Assembly (NCBI GenBank): GCA_963778655.1
Contig: CAVZVA010000010.1
Location: 256,001-320,000, forward strand
DNA: 64,000 bases
Direction of reading: 5' to 3'
Origin: an uncultured delta proteobacterium
Lineage (GTDB): Bacteria; Myxococcota_A; Polyangia; Polyangiales; JAFGIB01
In this document: in pieces, positions 58,755-64,000 of the stretch
How the letters are laid out: every line of letters begins with the position of its first letter
Numbering within the stretch: the stretch's first letter is position 1
Program-made: the position numbers and the translations under genes
Notes under the pieces: generated by a model
The model's database searches: none
What the model was told of the DNA's origin: nothing
What the model saw: only the letters and a program-made list of their open reading frames with translations

Positions 58755-59762
58755 TCAGTGGGTGGCGCGGCGCATGGCCAGGAACGCCCCCTGGGGGAGC
58801 TTTTGGGGATCGTGCGTCACGCGGCCCTTTTCGCTCATCGCGAGCCAGATCGGCTCGTGGCCGCGCCGGGCCTCGAAGTACAACACCAGCACGCGGTGCC
58901 GGTGGCGTTTGGTGAGCCAGAGGTCGAAGGCGTGGGCCTCGTCGTTCTTGTAGAAGCCGGTTAGCGCCGCGTGCGCTGCGTCCAGCGCCTCGCCCATCAC
59001 CTTTCCGTCGCTGTCCACGTCGTCGGCCTCGACGGGCAGCACCTTCCAGGCCGCCTGCAGGGCGCTGTTCTGGGCGGCCTCGGCGGCGGTCGCGCGCGCT
59101 GCGCTGCGCAGGCGCACGCGGCTGCGCGTTGCGAACGAGACGATCGGATCGCGCCTGCGCTCGAGGCGCGCGCCGGCAAAGCCGACCGAGATCAGACCCG
59201 CGAGCAGCAGCAGGGCCAGGCGCCGGGGTGCGTTCTTCTTCTGGAAGTGCACGGCGGTGGTCACGATCGGCATCAGGAACATCAGCACCACGATCGCCTC
59301 GACGCCCAGCGTACCGGCGGCGATCGGCAGGAAGTCGCGCGGCGTGAGCTCGGGTGGAAATGCGTGCCAGTACTGCACCGCGAGCGAGACCAGCAGCAAT
59401 CCGAAGCTGGCCAGGGTGTAGCCCTTGTAGAGCAGGAACTCGCGGCGAGCCTCGGCAACCGCGAGCCAGTAGGGCAACAGCAGCGGGTAGAACACGTAGT
59501 ACAGGAACGGCCGCGGAGGCCGCTCGCGGTAATACGCCTCGAACTTGAGCTGATGCGCGAGCAACGCGGCTGCGAGGCGCGAGCGGCTGGCGAGGCGGCG
59601 TGCGGGCTCGCCCGCGAAGAACACCACGAGCGCGAGGCCTACCTGCGCCATCGCGCCGCCGACCGGAAACAGCAGCGCGATGAACACCAGCAGAAACGGC
59701 GCAAAGGCGAAGAACGCGGCGCGCAGCGCGAAGTCTGCGACGGCTGTGACCCGGGAGCGCAT
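58755..59762 (-). CDS. Hypothetical membrane protein
   Basis: Several TM helices and a soluble C-terminal part; gene-like codon usage; start uncertain. Confidence 0.75.
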   Translation of the reverse strand: MRSRVTAVADFALRAAFFAFAPFLLVFIALLFPVGGAMAQVGLALVVFFAGEPARRLASRSRLAAALLAHQLKFEAYYRERPPRPFLYYVFYPLLLPYWLAVAEARREFLLYKGYTLASFGLLLVSLAVQYWHAFPPELTPRDFLPIAAGTLGVEAIVVLMFLMPIVTTAVHFQKKNAPRRLALLLLAGLISVGFAGARLERRRDPIVSFATRSRVRLRSAARATAAEAAQNSALQAAWKVLPVEADDVDSDGKVMGEALDAAHAALTGFYKNDEAHAFDLWLTKRHRHRVLVLYFEARRGHEPIWLAMSEKGRVTHDPQKLPQGAFLAMRRATH

Positions 59763-59837
59763 CCGGCGAACGTTCCGGTCGCTGCGCACGGTAGCCCAAG
59801 CCAGGGCTCTGCTCAACGCCACCTGGGACTTGCGCGT

Positions 59838-60305
59838 CTACTCGTGCTGGAAGTCGCCGACCAGCGGGACCTTGCTCCCCCTTGCTCCCCAGGCTCGAAA
59901 ACACCGCGCTGCGGTCCTTGCACTGCAAGGTTTCCTCGAGCGCCGCGGTGCTGACGTAGCTCACGGCCCGCACGCCGGCCTGCCAGTCGAAGCCGGGAGC
60001 GCCGCAATCGAACAGCGCCGGCAGCCCGATGATTACCGCGCTGTCGACGCCGCACACGCCGTCCGCCTCGGCCTCCTGGATTGCGTTGCGGCCGATGGCG
60101 TTGGTCTGGCACAGGTCGGTCGGCAGCAGGTGCCCGCCGCCGGTGATGCCGACCAGCCGCTTGGTCACGTCGGGCGCCCCGGGCGAGGCGTTGTAGGCGT
60201 CGGTGTCGGTGGTCGCGGGCAGCGGATTGGGCGGGCAGACGATCGGATCGCGCCCAGCTCCACGGCGTCGTAGCCGATGACTTGATCGTCGATGCCCGCG
60301 ATGCC
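59838..60305 (-). pseudogene. C-terminal remnant of an alpha/beta-hydrolase-like gene
   Basis: Removing a 5-bp duplication (60241-60250) and a 10-bp duplication (59871-59890) gives GIAGIDDQVIGYD..KRLVGITGGGHL..PTDLC..GSKVPLVGDFQHE*; N-terminal half absent. Confidence 0.7.
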
Positions 60306-60407
60306 AGCCCCGGGTAGTCGCAGGCAGGCACTGTCCATACCGACGCCCGCGCGCGCAAGGCGCGTGGGCGCGCGTGTCGCCTCTGGGCGACGTGTCGGCG
60401 GCGCCGG

Positions 60408-61580
60408 CTACAGGTAGCGCGTCCAGCCGTCGGGATGGGCTCGTTTGTAGGCGCCGTAACGCACGCACGCCGGATACAACAGCGCCACGATTGCCGCCCC
60501 GCCGAGGTATGCGCCCGCGACCCCGAGCTTGCCGTGCAGGCCGAGCGCGAAGGCGATCAGCTCCAGCAGGTGCACGTGCAGCACGTAGTAGAACAGCGCG
60601 GTCTGGCCCAGCACGCGCAGCAGCCCCGCGCCGGGAAAGCGCAGGCCGCGGCGCGCGAGCACGAAGAAGCCCGCGAGCGCGAGCGCCATCAACCCCAGCT
60701 CGAGCGCGTCGTAACTGAGGCTCGGCGGGTACTTGCTCACGTGCAGCCACTGCACGAGCGAGCCATCGTCGCGCAGCAGCTGCATGTTGCCGTAGCCGTT
60801 GGCCCCGCGCACCAGCGCAAACAGCAGCAGCGCGGCGACGCCTGCCCAGAGCAGCGCCCGCTCGGGCGCGCGCGGCTGCCCGAACGCGAGCCAGCGCCCG
60901 CAGGCCCAACCGAGCATCATGATCGCGAGCCAGGGCAGCGTCGGGTAGGCGATGATCAGCTTGCCGAGCTGCGCGCCGCTGAGCAGGAACGCCAAAGGCA
61001 GCGGCGGCTGCGCGCCGTTGCCCGCGAGCGCGAGCAGGCCGCCCGTGAGCGCCTCGCCGCCCAGCATCAGCGCCAGCGCAGAGCCCGCGAGCCAGGGCGT
61101 GGACAACCGCCGCAGCAGCGCCATCGCGATCATGCTGGTGCCGATGCCGTACATCACTTGCAGCAGCACGAAGCGCCCGCCGGTGAAGGCCCAGGTCATC
61201 CACAGCGGATCGAGCGCGACGATGATCAGCCCGCGCTGCAGCAAGTAGCGGTCGATCGAACGCGCCGACTCACCGCGCGCGAGCCTGCGCTCGAGGCTGA
61301 GCGCGACCGCGGTGCCCGCCAGGAACACGAACGAGGGCGCGCACAGGTGCGTGATCCAGCGCGTGAGGAACTGCGCCGCGGGCAACACCGTGCCGGCCTT
61401 GTACATGCGCGCCGAGTCCGAGAACACGCGCCCGCCGTTGAACGCGCCGGAGGCGTGATCGATCGACATCAGCACCATCACCAGCCCGCGCATCAGGTCG
61501 AGCGGGGCGATGCGCGCGGCCGCGGCGCTGGCGCTCGCGCCGGGGGCGGCGGCGGGTTGGCTGAGGGCGGCGGTCGGCAC
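60408..61580 (-). CDS. DUF1624 / HGSNAT-like membrane acyltransferase-family protein
   Basis: RIAPLDLMRGLVMVLMSIDH, TRWITHLCAPSFVFLAG, VSKYPPSL, FYYVLH. Confidence 0.9.
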   Translation of the reverse strand: MPTAALSQPAAAPGASASAAAARIAPLDLMRGLVMVLMSIDHASGAFNGGRVFSDSARMYKAGTVLPAAQFLTRWITHLCAPSFVFLAGTAVALSLERRLARGESARSIDRYLLQRGLIIVALDPLWMTWAFTGGRFVLLQVMYGIGTSMIAMALLRRLSTPWLAGSALALMLGGEALTGGLLALAGNGAQPPLPLAFLLSGAQLGKLIIAYPTLPWLAIMMLGWACGRWLAFGQPRAPERALLWAGVAALLLFALVRGANGYGNMQLLRDDGSLVQWLHVSKYPPSLSYDALELGLMALALAGFFVLARRGLRFPGAGLLRVLGQTALFYYVLHVHLLELIAFALGLHGKLGVAGAYLGGAAIVALLYPACVRYGAYKRAHPDGWTRYL

Positions 61581-61724
61581 GGCGGGGTGATAGCAGGTTT
61601 GCAAGACGCAAAGAACGGCGAGCAGGGGCTGGCGCCGGATCGGAGCCGGGCGGCTCGCGGTGGCGTCGGGTGTGGCTGCGGGCGCGATTTCGCGCGGGCG
61701 TTGGGAGCGGCTATGCTGCCGTCC

Positions 61725-63230
61725 ATGAGCTTGCGAGCCAAAGAGGCGGCGCCCGCGCGGCGGATGCTGCTCTTGTCGATGACGTGCGCGGCGGCGATCG
61801 GCTGGATGGCCGGTTGCGATTCGCAAGGCGCGTCGCCGCCGGCAGCGCAGAGCCCGGCGGCCAAGGCCACGGTCGCACCCCCGACCCCGCCCGTGAGCCC
61901 GCTGGTGTTGCCCTATGGGGCGGTCGCGGCGCGCATCGAAAAGGAGACGCGCGGCAGCGGGCGCGCGTACGCGCTGCTGCAGGAGCTGACCGACGACGTG
62001 GGCGCGCGCATCAGCGGCAGCCCGGCGCTCGAGCAGGCGATCGCCTGGGCGGTGGAACGCCTGCGGGAAGCCGGCCACGAGGTGCAGGTCGAGCCGGTCA
62101 AGGTCGACAAGTGGGTGCGCGGCGCGGAGTCGCTGCAGCTGCTGGAGCCGCGGCCGCGGCGCATGCCCATGCTCGGGCTGGGCGGCTCGGTCGGCACCCC
62201 GAGCGGCGGCATCACCGCAGAGGTGGTGGTGGTGCACAGCAAAGAGGAGCTGAGCACGCTCGGCGACAAGGCTCGCGGCAAGATCGTGCTGTTCGACGTG
62301 GTGATGCCGCCCTACGACCCCAAGACCGGCGATCCCGGCTACGGCAAGGTGGTGGGCATTCGCGTGGGCGCCGCGCGCATGGCCGCCGAGGTCGGCGCGG
62401 TGGCCGCGCTGGTGCGCTCGCTGACCGCGAACAGCCTGGGCGCGCCGCACGCCGGCGCGATGCGCTATGGCGACGCCAAGCGCCGCATTCCGGCCGCGGC
62501 GATCACAGTCGAGGACGCGGCGCTGCTCTCGCGGCTGCAGGCCCGCGGCAAGAAGATCGTGGTCAAGCTCACGATGGGCGCCTCCGACCAGGGCATGGTG
62601 GGCTCTGCCAACGTGGTCGCGCAGCTCGACGGGCACGAGCACCCGGAGCAGGTGGTGCTGATGGGCGGGCACCTGGACTCATGGGACGTGGGGCAGGGCG
62701 CCCAGGACGACGGCGCGGGCGTGGTGACCGCGATCGAGGCGCTCAACGTGTTGCGCCGGTTGCAGCTCACGCCGCGGCGCAGCGTGCGCGTGGTGCTGTG
62801 GACCAACGAGGAGACCGCGCTGGCCGGCGCCAAGCAATACGCGCTCGATCACGCGGCCGAGCTCGGCACACACGTGGCCGGCATCGAGACCGACAGCGGC
62901 GGCGCGCCGGTGGTGCGGCTGATGCTCGAGCTCGCGGACAAGAGCAAGCAAGCGCAGGCGCACGCCAAGCTGGCCGAGCTCGAGCCCCTGCTGCAGCCCC
63001 TGCACGTGGGAGAGGTCAAGGACGGCTACTCCGGCGCGGACCTCGATCCGCTGCGCGAGGCAGGCGTGCCCGGCATCGGCCTGCTGCACGACATGTCTCA
63101 CTACTTCGACATCCATCACTCCGAGGCCGACACGCTGGACAAGGTGCGCCCCGAAGCGCTCGACCAGAGCGTCGCAACGCTCGCGATCACCGCCTTCGTG
63201 CTCGCGGACATGCCGCAGACGCTGCGCTAA
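61725..63230 (+). CDS. M28-family peptidase (carboxypeptidase Q-like) lipoprotein with PA domain
   Basis: Lipobox MAGC; GGHLDSWDVGQGAQDDGAG, WTNEE, ETDSG, YFDIHHSEADT. Confidence 0.93.
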   Translation: MSLRAKEAAPARRMLLLSMTCAAAIGWMAGCDSQGASPPAAQSPAAKATVAPPTPPVSPLVLPYGAVAARIEKETRGSGRAYALLQELTDDVGARISGSPALEQAIAWAVERLREAGHEVQVEPVKVDKWVRGAESLQLLEPRPRRMPMLGLGGSVGTPSGGITAEVVVVHSKEELSTLGDKARGKIVLFDVVMPPYDPKTGDPGYGKVVGIRVGAARMAAEVGAVAALVRSLTANSLGAPHAGAMRYGDAKRRIPAAAITVEDAALLSRLQARGKKIVVKLTMGASDQGMVGSANVVAQLDGHEHPEQVVLMGGHLDSWDVGQGAQDDGAGVVTAIEALNVLRRLQLTPRRSVRVVLWTNEETALAGAKQYALDHAAELGTHVAGIETDSGGAPVVRLMLELADKSKQAQAHAKLAELEPLLQPLHVGEVKDGYSGADLDPLREAGVPGIGLLHDMSHYFDIHHSEADTLDKVRPEALDQSVATLAITAFVLADMPQTLR

Positions 63231-63308
63231 CCCATTTGCTCGCCCTGGCCCGTCCGTGTCCGAGCCGGGGCGGCCGAGGCGCGGCGGCCATGCTATATCT
63301 GGTGCGGG

Positions 63309-64000
63309 ATGCGCCGGGGGAGCTTCGGCTGGCTGTTGCTGTGGTTGTGCGCGAGCTGCTACCGCGCGCACTGGCCTCCGCTCGGCGGTGGCGGCGGCGC
63401 GCCGGGCGCGAGCACGGGCGCGTCGCCCGCCGCAGCGGCCGGCCACTCCGCACCGCCGGACACGCCCTCGCCCGCGAGCGCCGGCGCTGCGGCGCCCCCG
63501 CCGCCCCCGGCTTGCACGCGCTTCGTGCAGGTGTCAACCACCGTTAGCAAGGCCGATCTGCTGTTCGTGGTCGACAACTCGAGCTCCATGAAGGAGGAGC
63601 AGGCCTCACTGCGAGAGGCCTTTCCCGCGCTGATCCATGCCTTGGTCAGCGGCGACCGCGACAGCGACGGCGTGCCGGACTTCCCGCCGGTGAAGGACCT
63701 GCACCTAGGCGTGGTCAGCACCGACATGGGCCTGCCCGGCGTGCAAGGCATCAGCAACTGCAACGGCCTGGGCGAGGACGGCGTGCTGCTGAATCGGCCA
63801 GGCGCGTCGACGATCGGCTGTCAGGCGAGCTACCCGCCCTTTCTGTCCTTCCAGTCCGGCGCGAGCGACCCCGAGCAAATCGGCACGGACTTCGCCTGCA
63901 TCGCGACGCTCGGCACCGCGGGCTGCGGCTTCGAGCAGCCGCTCGAAGCGGCGCTCAAGGCGCTGTGGCCGTCCAGCGACCCGCGCATGACGTTTCTGCC
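63309..64000 (+). CDS. vWA-domain lipoprotein (myxobacterial type), 3' end outside window
   Basis: Own translation from ATG 63309: lipobox CASC, Pro/Ala linker, DLLFVVDNSSSMKEEQ, LHLGVVSTDMG, GCGFEQPLEAAL. Confidence 0.85.
   Translation, partial: MRRGSFGWLLLWLCASCYRAHWPPLGGGGGAPGASTGASPAAAAGHSAPPDTPSPASAGAAAPPPPPACTRFVQVSTTVSKADLLFVVDNSSSMKEEQASLREAFPALIHALVSGDRDSDGVPDFPPVKDLHLGVVSTDMGLPGVQGISNCNGLGEDGVLLNRPGASTIGCQASYPPFLSFQSGASDPEQIGTDFACIATLGTAGCGFEQPLEAALKALWPSSDPRMTFL

Noticed and set aside
58477..61203. 908-aa minus-strand ORF as a single gene
   Set aside because: Chimeric frame: only about 59890-60245 is gene-like (hydrolase remnant); the rest overlaps real genes in other frames

Overview
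A very GC-rich (about 70% by eye) bacterial chromosomal segment. The gene content points to Myxococcota/Polyangia (inference): TIGR04563-like small protein, giant TPR protein, vWA lipoproteins, FHA-GAF sigma54 activator. It carries about 45 genes: a cobamide nucleotide-loop cluster (cobU-cobT-cobS), then a cobalamin riboswitch ahead of a TonB-dependent receptor and a translationally coupled beta-propeller-like lipoprotein; a 2593-aa TPR protein; AraC- and LuxR-type regulators; pyrF; ftsK; lnt; a polyphosphate:AMP phosphotransferase; a B12-dependent ribonucleotide reductase with tandem NrdR boxes; tRNA-Met(CAT); and an ABC exporter + DUF1854 pair, followed by several exported enzymes. No CRISPR array, integrase, transposase, phage or recognisable defence gene was seen. 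The best candidates for undescribed biology are (i) the riboswitch-controlled receptor + lipoprotein corrinoid-capture module, (ii) the ABC/DUF1854 pair without cyanophycin synthetase, with an upstream 26-codon ORF and structured leader and a dense downstream hairpin array, (iii) a recurring -10 box/7 nt/start codon arrangement suggesting leaderless mRNAs, including a 24-codon ORF coupled to a GH18 gene, and (iv) three families of small intergenic repeat/MITE elements. Three disrupted genes are present. All family calls come from motif recognition by eye, not database searches.
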